Assembly (NCBI GenBank): GCA_051362555.1
Contig: CM120647.1
Coordinates: forward strand, 17,274,651 to 17,338,650
Reading direction: 5' to 3'
DNA: 64,000 nt
DNA from: Lingula anatina
Taxonomy: Eukaryota; Animalia; Brachiopoda
Part shown: positions 50,301 to 63,154 of the stretch, one piece after another
Layout of the letters: each line of letters starts with the position of its first letter
Position numbering within the stretch: the stretch's first letter is position 1
Translations under genes and position numbers: made by a program
Notes under the pieces: generated by a model
Database searches by the model: none
The model's input: the letters and a program-made list of their open reading frames with translations, nothing else
Told to the model about the DNA's origin: nothing

Positions 50301-51633
50301 TAAAATCCTGAACTTTCCTGACTAAAGCCTTACAAAACTGTTTTCAAGGATATGAATTATCAATGCTTTGTAACACAAAAAGAAAATGTTTTCAATTATT
50401 AGCATTTTTCCAAAGTAATAAGGAAAACTCCGGCCTCACTTTCACTTCAGGTAAATGTCCAGAAATCACTGCAATAGTCTAGCAATTTTCACTGCTGTAA
50501 AAAGGCTAGTTGTCCGAATAAAAAATTATTTGGCAATTTAGTGACTTGTAAATCAGTCACATGGGGACAATGTGTTAAATTAAATTTTGCAAGGATGAGA
50601 AAATCTAAGAGCAAAGACATGCATTAATACGACCCAGAAACTAGACCCACTTGACTTAAAGAATGGCGTTTTGAATTCTGGGAAGAGAAACCTGTTTCAA
50701 GACAGACAAATTAATGAAGGTGATTTGATTCAGCCGCTGAAAAAATCACCACTCAAGTTGTACCACTAGAATGGAACAGCATGAACTGTCACTGTCATTC
50801 ACCAGTCTTGACGCTGACTGTGGTCATAATTCATTTTTTAGAAAAATCAATTAGGTACTAGTAATTATTTGTCACGTGAAGGTGTTTTGTAAATAACATT
50901 GAAAAGTGCCATTTCTAAAAATTTTGATTGAAAAATGCACAAAAATCTTACAAGAATGTGTGTGTGCTGGTGCTCGTGTACTAGTAAAGATATTAGAAAA
51001 AGTAAAAGAATTTGAAAATACCAAATTATTATCCATTTGTACCACTGCCATCAGTTCCACAACTCACCTACAGTCTGGTGCTGGGCACCACCTGGCGTCA
51101 GAATCCATCACCAGCACGCGTCTCAACATGAACTGTTCATATTTGCACATCAGGGAGTCATCGTTCAGGATGGCTCGAATGTCATTGGGGTGGTAGCGCT
51201 CTGAGCACTCGGGACAGGCAATGTTCACCCTGCTCTCTGTGATCTCTATCCTCAAGTATTGTCTTAAGCAATCACGACATGACCTGTGGTGGCAAGTACT
51301 GATTCCCGGGAAGTTTTCCCTCGGCTGCTCGCCCAGACACAGAGGACACTCGTGGGTCTCTCCCAGGGTGAACGGTTCGATAACCTCCCCACCTGTCGCC
51401 CCCTGGAGGGCAACTGAATTGTCCTTACTGCTGTCTGAGGTCGTCGTGAGGCTGACCTCTGACCTTGCCTCAATGTCAAGGCTGCCACGTGACCTTGACT
51501 TACCACCGTTTACGTTAGGGTAGAAAATATGGCGCAGGGAAAATCTGCGACTTTTCCTCTTTTCAGAATTTTTTGATGATTTAGAAGTCACTGAATGTGA
51601 GTCCGACTCTCCTTTCTTTCCCATCTTGAACAT
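41661..51633 (-). CDS. RNF19A: RBR-type E3 ubiquitin ligase RNF19A/B (Dorfin-like): RING1, IBR, RING2 and transmembrane segments
   Basis: Coding exons 51633-51068, 46813-46617, 46282-46141, 45231-45069, 44690-44582, 44193-44032, 43415-43160, 42788-42633, 42312-41661. Motifs [95 protein letters not shown]. Probable 5'UTR exon donor at 56343. The start Met is uncertain and the A/B distinction is vertebrate-specific. Confidence 0.93.
49950..50136. mobile_element. Harbinger-like MITE (family B) with ~60-bp near-perfect TIRs
   Basis: GGGACTGTTCACATGGAAAGTCTATTTTCT.. / ..AGAAAATAGACTTTCCATGTGAACGGTCCC; TTA TSD. Confidence 0.85.
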
Positions 51634-52948
51634 GCTCACACCAGGTCGAAGTTCACGGGGGTCAAGGTTACAGAAATGACCTATAATGAACAACAAATTT
51701 CTCAAATTACTGCATTTTCTTTAACTTCAACACGTATACTAGCATAGATACAGATTTCTTCAGTTGCACTGTGTGCTTAAGCAGCCTTACAAATATTATC
51801 ATGAACATGTATAAATTCAATTACTAGACAATATTAGGGTTTCAACATACTGTAAATGTAAAAATACAATTGCTTGCTCCCTCCTGTATCAGTTAAGAAT
51901 GAAAACCTATACTTTACAATGCAGGCTGAATTAAAAACCACTTGTTAAGTTACCTTGAACATAAATCTTATCAAAATTCCCCGAGAAATTTGTAAAATTA
52001 TCTTCCTCTTATAAGTAACTGACTATGGCCCATGATGCACCTTATCTATAGATATTGAGAACTTAGTAAATATTTAAAGAATACTCCTTAAAGATCAAAT
52101 CTTAAAATATAGATTCAAAATGTCACTAAAAATACAAATAACTTTTATAATATTATAAATACCTGAATTGTGACTAGAATTCTTTTTCCTTTTATGCTTT
52201 TTTTCACAAGTCCTCTTTCAATTTATCCATTTTCCTCCCAGGCAAGAAACATGCAGGCAACAAAAAACTGACATGTATCCTTAATACTTGGAACAGATCT
52301 CTTGAGAAGGTTATCAGCGAACATACAAAAACACGCCTTCTTATCCCACTGGCTGAATGCTGACAATACTCAGAAATGAGACTGTGCCACTGATCTAGAC
52401 CTATTTAATCTGAAATAAATAAAGGTGGCGATTATTTTTCACACAAATTCACAGGATAACCATATAAGGCAATAGGTGACTGTGTCGCTGCGTTGATCAA
52501 CAAGAAAATTACTGAGGACTTACTGTAACGAAGTTTGAAAACATCAGAAAAAATTGGAGATTACATGATGGTTATAAAATTAGGTGGCCGAGTTTCAGGA
52601 AGTGCCAAAAATGTCACAGGCTTCGCATACACTGGCGAAAAAAAATTTTTTTTAATGATGAATAACAATAATAACACCATTTGCTTGTTACTGAGTTATT
52701 TACTAGGGTAAAATTTAAAAAAATATATTTCTGGCAGTGTCATGTTAGAAAGAAAACCAGAAGTGACGCGCAAAATATGGGGAATGCATCTTGTCACACA
52801 AATGAGACTGTAATTCTTAAGAACTTAAAAAAGAATGATAAAAATAAAAACCACACTGCACTTGCTAGACTGCAGTTATTTCCGACTCTGCTCTACTCCA
52901 AAGCCTTCTAAATTGCGCACTTAAGTCGCGAGACTTTGGGCTATCTTA

Positions 52949-53380
52949 GAGCACATTCAAAAAGAGTTGATCTGCGGATCTGTTAATCTCCAGATTAAAT
53001 GTGGCCAGCCCACTTGAATAAAATGCAATCCCCTGATGATCTTCTCGGCTCCACATGCACCATCCCTGCAGGAGCCTAGCAACTAAACACCAAAGTCAAA
53101 ATTTAATCTGTTTTATAGAGGCAGTATTAGTCGGCTTGCTTTTAAGTGACACTGAGGTCCACCATATTTAGGCTTCGTTCACATGCAATGTCTATTTTCT
53201 AAATTCTATTTTCTATTCGCGCTATCTTATGATCACGGTCTGTGCCCTGAATATCCCGCCGCGTAATTACTGGCAGCGCGAGCCAGTTACTATAAGTTAC
53301 TATAAGACATAGACTGCATGTGAACGAAGCCCAAGTCTGCCGATCAGATAGTCCGCAGATCATCTGTTCTGAATGGGACC
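52949..53380. mobile_element. Older Harbinger-like MITE hosting a nested family-B copy
   Basis: GAGCACATTCAAAAAGAGTTGATCTGCGGA / TCCGCAGATCATCTGTTCTGAATGGGACC, with TTA on both flanks. Confidence 0.6.
53171..53331. mobile_element. Family-B-related MITE, inverted relative to 49950-50136
   Basis: TIR GGCTTCGTTCACATGCA / TGCATGTGAACGAAGCC. The internal TCTGTGCCCTGAATA..TACTGGCAGCGCGAGCCAGTTACT is the reverse complement of the 49950 element core. Confidence 0.75.
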
Positions 53381-56343
53381 TTAGCTGTCATTAAGTCACA
53401 TGGGGGAAACTGTCAGTCTGACCAATCATGATCACCTGAAGATGTACAGTGATGTCTTCATCAGCAAACAGTACCGTTGCCAAGAAATTGCTTTTCCTTT
53501 TTTTTAACATTCAAATAACCATGGTTATACAATCCACAAAACAATCAATAAATTAAAAAAAAAAAAAGATTAAGCTGGCAATCTCTTTTTTCCTCCTAAA
53601 ACACCAGGTCAATCATTAAAGCCAGTGATAAGGCCTCCAGTACTAGTACTCAAATATATAGAAATTCAGACATTTTATCAGTGTTATCATTATTTACTTC
53701 AAACTTCTAGTGATTACAGGTACGTTAAATACAACAATTTAATAAAACGATGAAAATAGCATACACTAATAGATATTTCTGTAGATAATTGATACAATGA
53801 TATAATGGTAGTCAGAATTGTGTGTATGTGTTGGTACATTCAACCAGTGATATTTTTATAAATATAAAGTGTCTTGTATAACATGAAACAGCCTTGAGAG
53901 ATATTTACTAGGCGAAAGGTTAAACACAATCCCTTATCCACTTGTGTACAGTAATCTGCCTTCAATTATGTTCCACAGCACAGAAAAACCATTTGAAAGA
54001 AGAGCTGAGGAAATATTTTCTTACCCTTTAATTGAAAACAAATGTATTGCGTGTTCTGCCTAATGAATCTGTAATGAGCCACTCCTTTTAAGTTCGAAGT
54101 GTGCCGATTCCTTCTATATGACTGCAACAACCAATTTTCCATAAAAAATACTTTAAAATACTTTTTCCTTACAGTTCATCATCTATATTTTCTGTGCTAT
54201 ACTTATACTCAATTTAACTTTTTACGCACTTTTTTTTCTCTTCAGAATGTAGGAATCATATCTATGACAACTGTATTATTTAAAAAAAATTATGTGTCAT
54301 CATTTAACCTCACAGGAAATGGTCAGACAGCGGTCTCTCTGTTAGTATATAGCCAGACATCTCCGACCATGCTCTTTCATTATAATTTTACCAACTTAAG
54401 TCATCTTACAGATCTATCACAACTGTATTATTATAAACTCTTCCACACATAAACAAAACACAAATAATTTCTGAGAAAGTTAAGTCTAAAATTCTTAATC
54501 CAATACAAAAAAGCACATTACAAGTAAGCAAATTGACAATCACTACAAAGCTGTTGTTAGTATAAACACAGTTGGATTAACAATGTACTATAAGATAGTG
54601 AATTTATATTATCTGACCAAGCACTTGTAAGACTTAATTGGATTTTAGGACTATCCTACATATTTAGCTTCCAATACCATCATGTTGGGATTTAATCTGT
54701 TCCGATGCCCAAAATAGACCAGAAGAGGATGCTGCTGCTTTATCTATCATTATGACTAATGCACAATAGCTATATAGTAATCACTCTGTAATTTAACATA
54801 TATATGAACATAAATAGAATACCACAACCTCATGATGTCAACCACTGGGTTGATTTTGATGTCTGTTTGACCTTTGTACCACACACAATATACAGGAGTG
54901 GATTGGGAGATATTTTCTGTCAGTACTCCAAATTATCTTTGTTGATCCATCCTCCATTTTTGATGGTCTTTTTACAGAATAAAATATATACTTATCAGTG
55001 TAAACTTTAAAATCTGACTGTCCTCTGTAAGAACAAGAATACGGTCTCAATCTGCCCCCTGATATATTGTGTTAATAATGTTTACTAACTAGTGTATACC
55101 TAAGCCCTTCGGCTTAAATCTTGCACACTGTTCAAAGTGGTTCAAGTCAATTTATATTTAAAGAAGAACAATAATAATGACAAATAATTATGAAATAAAT
55201 TACTGTATTTATCTTTGAAGATTTAGGAGAATGTATTACCAACCTCCCACTCTCTCCCCAAAGAAAAAAATGCATTCTTTCAATTGTCATTGCTCTCGCA
55301 AAAAAAAAAAAGATGTACACATTCAAGAATAGTCCTTCTCTACCTAGGAACAGCCACAAGTAGCATTCAAACAAACAAACATGCCAAAATAATAAGACGG
55401 ACAAAACAATGTCAATTCAAAACTGAAGTCAAAATAACTCTTCACATACAGCACATACTAAGAAATTTAATGAAGAGTACATCACTACCCAACATTACAG
55501 ATTCACAATATCATGATATTTCATTTTACTTGAATTCCATAAAAAAAAAACAGTGGCTTGTGCCATGCAGGTAGACCTGACAATAACACTAAATGTGTGT
55601 GTGTGCGCACACGTTCATGAACCCTTGCACACACTATAATTACTTGATGAAATTAAGACTACTGTCCACAGAGTCCATCACATGGACATCCATGAGTCAT
55701 GGACTGATGTCAACTGTCAAAATCATTCCCCAGGGGTAGCGCTAACACTTGCCAATTTAGCCAAATGGTAAAACTGACTTAAATTGGCTAAACAAAAAGG
55801 GCTTGATTTGACTCATTTTAGTCAAATTAAAACCATTTGGATAACAAATTGACAAAAAAGTGTTGATTTGGCTAGTGAAAAAAATTGCTAGTGCAACCCC
55901 AGCTCCCTACCAACTTGACTATCAACTCCCTGCCGTTTGCTAGGTGAAAAAAGTCATCCATCATCTCAGAAAAAAAAACACTATTCCCATACTGATTATG
56001 CTTACAGATTTTTTTGTCTTTCTTTTCAGAACAAATGCGACATCTCAAATTCTTAATTGCTGGTGGTTTTACAAGCTAACAGTCCCGTCACATCAGTATG
56101 GCAGTACTCCACTAGTACTAGTACGTTTGTACTCACAAAAACAGTTACTAGAGCACTTACTCAGAATCAATGAGTCTTTCGAGAATTTGTCAACAATATC
56201 TATAAGGACAACAAAAATATATCAAAACATAATGTAACACTCGAAATACATGACTAATTTTTCGAAATGTTTTCTTGTTCAGCAGAATGTTCTAAAAGTA
56301 GGTCAACCAAATCGACACAACCCCCACCAAATATACGCCTTAC

Positions 56344-56567
56344 CTGTTTTCCAAAATTCAAGTTTTGTCCGTCCGTTTTAATGAGACTTATTCCATCGTC
56401 TAAACTTAAGGGAGTGAGAGGAAACTAAGTAAAAGGTTAAAGACTGTTTCCCAAACAAATACATTCAGTTTCAATATGGCATTCGGTAAAGGATATGACG
56501 TCAAGAACGCGGAAGTTATGACGTCAAATAACAACATGGCTGCGCCCTTAGTGCACTTCCGGTAAGC
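56344..56567. promoter_or_regulatory. Compact bidirectional promoter, RNF19 / PRKCSH-like
   Basis: Minus-strand donor at 56343 and plus-strand donor G|GTAAGC at 56562. Between them: two perfect CREs (TGACGTCA at 56496 and 56519), ETS sites CGGAAGT and ACTTCCGG, and a YY1-like AACATGGC. Confidence 0.7.
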
Positions 56568-57155
56568 AATACACAGAGTTTATACGTGATATTCCATCGC
56601 TTTGTCCACAGAAATTGTCCGTTTTTGCGAACAATATATTGCTCAAATTGCAGTTCTTTGTAGGAAGGGACCAAACAAACGACCGTGTCTTTTTAAAATA
56701 TATTTTGCCAAAATTAAAAAAGCTAAAAAAATGACCTCCCACGCTACCGAGAACACGTCACTATCTGCCAACTGCAGCACTGAGTGACGCCAGCATTACG
56801 TTTACCAAAGTTTGTTGCACCTTCAACATAGAAAAATGTCCACGTTTGCATTTCACCTTAACTCTGCATCTATTTTGAAAGAAAATTTCAACTGATAAAC
56901 TGATATTGTACTCGTACTTGCGGGGGGGTTTTGGATTTGGAAACCGCGTACGTATATTTAACGGTACAGTATAATTATACCAGTACTCAAATACAGGCCA
57001 GGGAAATGAATGTAGTATTTAAATCTGTTACATAAGCTGCTTCTTTGTTTTGATGAGTAGCAGGATAGACCTTGACTATGAGGTAAAACTTTGATTGCTT
57101 TTATACCCTGAACGATTAACATTTCTTATTTATATTCAAACATAAAATCTGTGTC

Positions 57156-57194
<39 letters not shown>

Positions 57195-57466
57195 GAGGGG
57201 GGGGGTGTCCTGCCCCACCCCAACCCTTCGGTTTCTGAAAAATATATCACCCTAATATTTCCCTCTTGAAATTAGAATTTTGACTAGCTAAATTATAGTT
57301 CTAAACCATACCACAGGGCAGTTTGCTCTCCAAAACACCAAAAGATTTTCGAGTTTAGCAAGCCCCGAACCCCACACCAAGGGAGCGATGGTTGGCTTCA
57401 CCTCTGAGGCCTGTCATTCTGCACCTCCCCTTCATATAATCCTGGATGCGCCCCAGTTTTATATGT

Positions 57467-57644
57467 CAGGGCGTCTCGATAGTCCGAATTAAGGTTCATT
57501 GGTCCGAAGGTTCATTGGTCCGAAAAGTGGTAACATTTTTATCGATTCTTTAATCAAGGGTTTATTGGTCCGAAGGTTCTATAGTGAACATTCGGACCAA
57601 TGAACCTTCGGACTATTGAACCTTCAGACTATCGCTACGGCCCC
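57467..57644. mobile_element. MITE with 8-bp TSD and GGTTCATTGGTCCGAA subrepeats
   Basis: TTATATGT on both flanks; inverted arms CGATAGTCCGAA..GGTTCATTGGTCCGAA / TTCGGACCAATGAACC..GACTATCG. Confidence 0.7.
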
Positions 57645-57706
57645 TTATATGTACACATGTAGTAGTACGTTATACAGTATCTTATATGCCTCGGTTTTCG
57701 GTCTTA

Positions 57707-58432
57707 GGATGTATTCCCAGAGATTTAGATCGATCCAGGGATTAATATTTTGATTGACCTAACTCCTTGGGGGTTCACGCTAAATTGCAGTCAGCCGAGT
57801 GGGCGCGGTAGTTAATTACACCCTTACAACTTTTAGTAGGCGGGCCAGACGCTTAAGCCGGTGTCACGTGAAGAAACCGTCGTTGTGAATAAACCGTTCT
57901 GGCGGATTATTCACGCGGGGGTAGCATTCTGTTGACTTACAGTACGTAGCTGCACATGCATTTCTGACATTTCCCCGTAGAGAAAGTTGTAGTATTATCA
58001 AATACACAATTTCTTTTTAATGAAAATGACTGAACTCTGAATTGAAAGAACATTGTAGAGTGAAAAGATTTATACTACGAGTCTTTGATCTGCCACGTTT
58101 TTTACACAGAGCAAAACAGTTCAGTCACGATCAAAAGCTCACTTCCAACATTCCCCCGTATACTGTAATAATAAGATTATCAAATACATACTCTCTCATG
58201 ACGAAAACCACTGAATTATGAATTGGAAAATCATAGTTCAGTGCAAACATAGCGCCTACTAAGGACGACATCGTCATACCGGAAATTACTTCTTTCAATC
58301 TACCCTCAATGCGCATGTGCAGAACGGTTTCGTCACGGCATGGGTCTATCACGCCACACCGGCTAAGGTGACAGTAATCTAGTGAGACTCCCCACAGGGA
58401 TAGATTGATCTAAAATCTATGGAAATGGGGTC
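57707..58432 (+). mobile_element. Harbinger-like MITE, family A copy 3, split by a 497-bp insertion
   Basis: 57707-57861 joined to 58363-58432 aligns with copies 1 and 2 (..GCTTAAGCCGG|CTAAGGTGACAGTAATCTAGTGAGACTCCCCACAGGG..). Confidence 0.8.
57862..58358. mobile_element. Nested TGT...ACA element with CCGG TSD (Ginger-like non-autonomous element, or a solo LTR)
   Basis: CCGG duplicated at 57858-61 and 58359-62; termini TGTCACGTGA / TCACGCCACA; subterminal inverted motifs GAAACCGT / ACGGTTTC. Confidence 0.65.
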
Positions 58433-58555
58433 TAACACGCTAAAGCAAGGGCTCATAATATATAACAAGTGTTACAAACTCTTTGAGGTTATTAATATCT
58501 CATGTGGCTATGTGTGACATCACAAGACATATCCAAGACTTAAGATTTTAATCTT

Positions 58556-58558
<3 letters not shown>

Positions 58559-58621
<63 letters not shown>
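58559..58621. repeat. (TA)n microsatellite
   Basis: Directly visible. Confidence 0.95.
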
Positions 58622-58624
<3 letters not shown>

Positions 58625-59127
58625 TATAGGATTTATTGCTTAGTTAATAGTTAAAAAATTGTAAAAGTATACATGCACATGTACCAGGAGGAGAAACTAT
58701 TGGCCTCACAAAATGTAAAACATACAGTACCTTTTGATTTTTAAGAAACGAAACTGTGTATCATCCTGCTTACTGTCACAGGAGTTGAAAACACTGCATG
58801 CTATTTTTGTGCAAAGTGTGAAAGATTTATAGGAAAAGAATACTGCAAAAAAAATAGACAATTTGAAAATGTATCGTGCACCCTTTTCAATTGGCAGATG
58901 AGTTTGTTGCACTAAACATAATTATATATTTTGTGTGCATTTTCAGTTTATTTCTGCATTTTCTATTTGTGCCAATATTGTTATTATTCGTTTATTTGTT
59001 TTGATGTTTAAAATTGTTTTTTTTTTTTTAATCTTAACAGGTGCGCCAAGAAAAGTCAACACATTCAGTCTCTCTCACCTAACACAATGTGACCCGACTT
59101 CACACTCCAGTCTGAGGCCCAGTGGTC

Positions 59128-59764
59128 ATGAAGTTTCCCACTAGGCGGCGCCTGTTTACAAGCAGAAGAATTCTAAAGCTCCTCATCCTGATAGTTTGTG
59201 TTTCCATGATTTATTTATCCTTCCAACTGCTGTCCATACGCGTCTTGAGCAACCATGCCAAGAAGGAAGACGAGTTTCGTAAAATAGCAGACGAAATCAA
59301 CAGCGTCGATGTTGACTGGAAGATGCCAGAAAAGAAAAAATATCAGAAGGATGAAAACTGGCTTGGTGATCCTATCAGAGGAATAGATGAAGCAGCACAT
59401 AAAAGTAGTAGTGTAGTAATCATAAAGCAAACCCAGAGGCAGACCAAGAGAAAAGTGGATAAAACCAAAATTCAGGAACTTTCAGAGAAAGGTGTTGCTG
59501 ATCAGCTGCAAACTAACATGGCACATAAAACCAAGGACTTGATACAAACACCACAGGGTTTAGGCAGAGGGGAGATGAACACCAAAAATAATCAGCAATC
59601 TCTCGAGCATAAGTCAGTATTTATCAGAGGAGTGTTGCCCAAAGACCAACATTTGTATATTGCTCTGCCAGGGAATGTGTTTCAGTGTATTCATAGTAAG
59701 GTACATGTACGTGCATTATCATATTATTTCTATGAAAAGTTTTCAATGTATGTATTCACTTGTC

Positions 59765-59820
<56 letters not shown>

Positions 59821-62800
59821 ATCTGTTACCAGATTGAGTTGTATTTGTTTTGTTCTCAGAATCCCAGTACTAGTACACATTTTATACATATATATATATA
59901 TATATATTTTTTTTTTCAGGAGAAGATTTCCAATGACTTTTTCAATGATGACTACTGTGACTGTTCAGATGGCAGTGATGAACCCTCCACCTCTGCATGT
60001 AGCAATAGCAAGTACGTAGGTTTCTTAGGGAAGGGGATTTTCTCTGTATTTTTTAAAAGAAAAAAATGGAGAGAGGGGCAGTTCACATTTCACGAAAAAT
60101 AAAGTCTATTTTCGTGAGAGAGTGTCTTGATATTATCATGAGCTTCTGAGTTAAAATGCTGCTTGAAACTTACCTGAAATATACATGTACACCTATTATA
60201 GAAGAGGAATATATGACAAGTTTGTGTGTATATAAAACAGTCACTGACTTTGGCTGAGGTCTATGTTGTTTTGCAGACACCAGAAAAGTAAAATTGAGCT
60301 AGGCACAGCTTATGGGTGGCCAAAAGGGCAAAAAATCATGTCGTCGATTCAGTTATGTTTCGTCGATTCACTGCCTTCCCATCGATTCAGTTTCAAGTTT
60401 AAACGATCCTGTCATAAATTCAACATCTACCCTCGTCAATTCAATTGTTAGGGCCTAAACATTTCTCATCTATGGTATATTAAAACCAATGCTGTCACTA
60501 TTTTCGTCGATCGTGTAACTATTCTCCACGATCGTCTAATCTCGTCGATCGTCCAACTAATCTCATCGATCGTGTAACTATTCTCATCGATCGTCTATTC
60601 TCGTCGATCGTCTCATCGATCGATCACCAGAGGGCGCTGTGGTAGCACATCGGCCTATCACATGACTATCAAAATGGCAGACAACAAAATGATTGCTAGT
60701 GAAATAAGAACATTTTCTCAACAATTTCAATTTTAGTTGTTAAAAATTAAAATCTATTCGGTTGTAGGGACATTATTTTGTAGTTGTTTTCAACTCTGAG
60801 CATGGCTGGCTGAGTAAAAAATTTGCGTGATTGACAGACAGAAGCACGTGTTGCTACCGCAGTGCCCTCTGACGATCGATCGATGAGACGATCGATGAGA
60901 ATAGACGATCGATGAGAATAGTTACACGATCGACAAGATTAGACGATTGATGAGAATAGTTACACGATTGACGAGATTAGACGATCGACGAGAATAGTTA
61001 CACCATCGACGAAAATAGTGACAGCATTGGTTTTAATACACCATAGGTGAGAAATGTTTGACAATTGAATTGACGAAAGTAGATGTTGAATTTATGACAG
61101 GATCGTTTAAACTTGAAACTGAATCGATGGGAAGGCAGTGAATCGACGAAACATAACTGAATCGACGACATGATTTTTTGCCCTTTTGGCCGCCCATAAC
61201 AGCTGAGTTAATTTTCTACTATGGTTGAACACTGCAAACAGGATATTGACTGAGAGTAGAAGTCAATATAATTGTCTTAATTATTATCTCGCTCAGTACT
61301 TGAATTTAAGTGCCAAAGTTGCAAAATTGCTGACATCTGATAGGTAGAAAAATTGGCAATGCCATCAACATCACATTTTATCAAACTTCAAATTCATTAA
61401 ATAAAAGATCATAATTTATGCTATTTATAATATATAATGACATATTTGTCTTTTCCATTGTATTTCAGATTTTACTGTACATTCCAGTTGGCTGACATGG
61501 AGCCAGTGTCAGTGACAGCTAGCAAGGTCAATGACGGGATATGTGACTGTTGTGACGGCAGTGATGAATGGGCCGGGAAAACTCTCGATAAAGATTTAAA
61601 GAAAGGTAACCCATAGCACTTTTCCTGAAGCCTTTGAAATCCTTAACACCAAATTTGAAAGACTTTTAATATATAATTTATCTACAGATTTTTTTTGTTA
61701 CTCTCACAGAAAGGAATTGGGTAGTGCAATACTCTAATAAATAAGCAGTAACTAAAAAACAAAAATAGAATAAAAAAATAATAAAAATGATTACAAACAG
61801 GAAAAGATGGGTAATTACTAGACAAAGTATGTATTATTTGCAACAGATTTTATCCACTCCACATATTAACCTAAAACACGCTATAATGTTATTATGTATA
61901 GTTGGATGATATGTCACTTGATTGACTCTTTTCATCTATAATATTTATTAATATTTAATATTAGATAATTTACTTATTGTCATTTATACTGAATATAGCA
62001 GTAACAATAACAACAAATAAAATAATTTAAAATGAGCACCAAATTTATATCTTACTAAGTCAATTCTACAACAATGTTTAATTTTACTTTCAGATGCTCA
62101 GAAACATTACAGCATTTATCAAGCACCCTGCGTTGACCACTGTGACGATCTACGCAAACTGAAGCAAAAACAGGACGCCATAAAACTCATGGGTGCCCGA
62201 CTCAAAGCGACTTATCTTCAGTCAGCAAATGAACACGGAAAAGCTGCTGATCCTGTGAGTCTTCAAAGTTTAGACCGCGTTCGCAACCTCTCACCTCTAC
62301 CCCTTTGATACACTCCACTGTGTAGGTTTCAGGCATTATACAGTTAAGTTGTAATGTTAATTTACTCAGTCTCAAAAGCCTTAAAATATAATAAAACCAC
62401 TTTCTCCATCCAGCACATTTTTTAAAACTAAATTTCTGAAAATATTCTTCTCTCTAGGTGTTTGGCCCACAAGGTGTCTTCTTCAAGCTGAGCCTGGAGT
62501 GTTTCCACTACTCCGCCCCTCACTTTGATTACACCATCTGCCCCTTCAAAAGTGCCAAACAGCGAGAGCGTGAGTCCACGCACTCCGATGTTACCATTGC
62601 GCGTGGCACTGTCCACTGGTTGTCCAGTCAGCAGGGTCAGTACAGGATTGAGATGAAAGATGGAGATGGCTTTGCATGTCCTGGTGGTATGCGGCGGTCC
62701 TTAGTGGTGAGCTTTTTTTTTTTTTTTTTTTTACTGTGGGACTGTGAGCAGCATATTTCATCATTTTTAAATTAATCATATGTTTGTGTGTGTTTATGTA

Positions 62801-63141
62801 CATGTGTTTATGCCAATATTCATGATTTTGTCATTTAAAGTGAGTGGATTTCATATTTTTTAAATAAATTGTATGTGTGAGCACTGTGTGTGCACTGTGT
62901 GTGCATGTTAACTTGCCTGTTTGCCTGACATTGTCATTAAAAGTAGGAAAACAGAAGGTTTACTTTTTTCCCGTTGTTGACAATCAAGTTTTATTTTAAA
63001 ATACAGTTTTAAATCTGTGTATTATTTCCTTTTGTTCCTCAGATTGACTTCAGCTGTGGCTTGGACAACATAATTCAGAGTGTCTCTGAGTCAGAACTGT
63101 GCAAATATGCTGCAAAATTTACAACTCCTGCTGCTTGCTGA
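59128..63141 (+). CDS. Glucosidase II beta subunit (PRKCSH)-like protein: N-terminal signal-anchor, stem, G2B/LDLa-like domain, short helix, C-terminal MRH lectin domain
   Basis: Exons 59128-59700, 59920-60011, 61469-61605, 62094-62254, 62458-62706, 63043-63141 (TGA). Motifs [102 protein letters not shown]. Confidence 0.85.
60311..61198. mobile_element. IS3EU-like foldback non-autonomous DNA transposon (888 bp, ~340-bp inverted arms)
   Basis: Termini TATGGGTGGCCAAAAGGGC / GCCCTTTTGGCCGCCCATA; 6-bp TSD ACAGCT; internal TCGATCG subrepeat arrays mirrored in both arms. Confidence 0.8.
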
Positions 63142-63154
63142 CCTCACTGCAAGG

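Noticed and set aside
59701-59919. Continuous 326-aa ORF (59122-60102) with poly-Phe
   Set aside because: The ORF reads through an in-frame GT-AG intron containing poly-T and (TA)n. The spliced form restores the G2B motif spacing.
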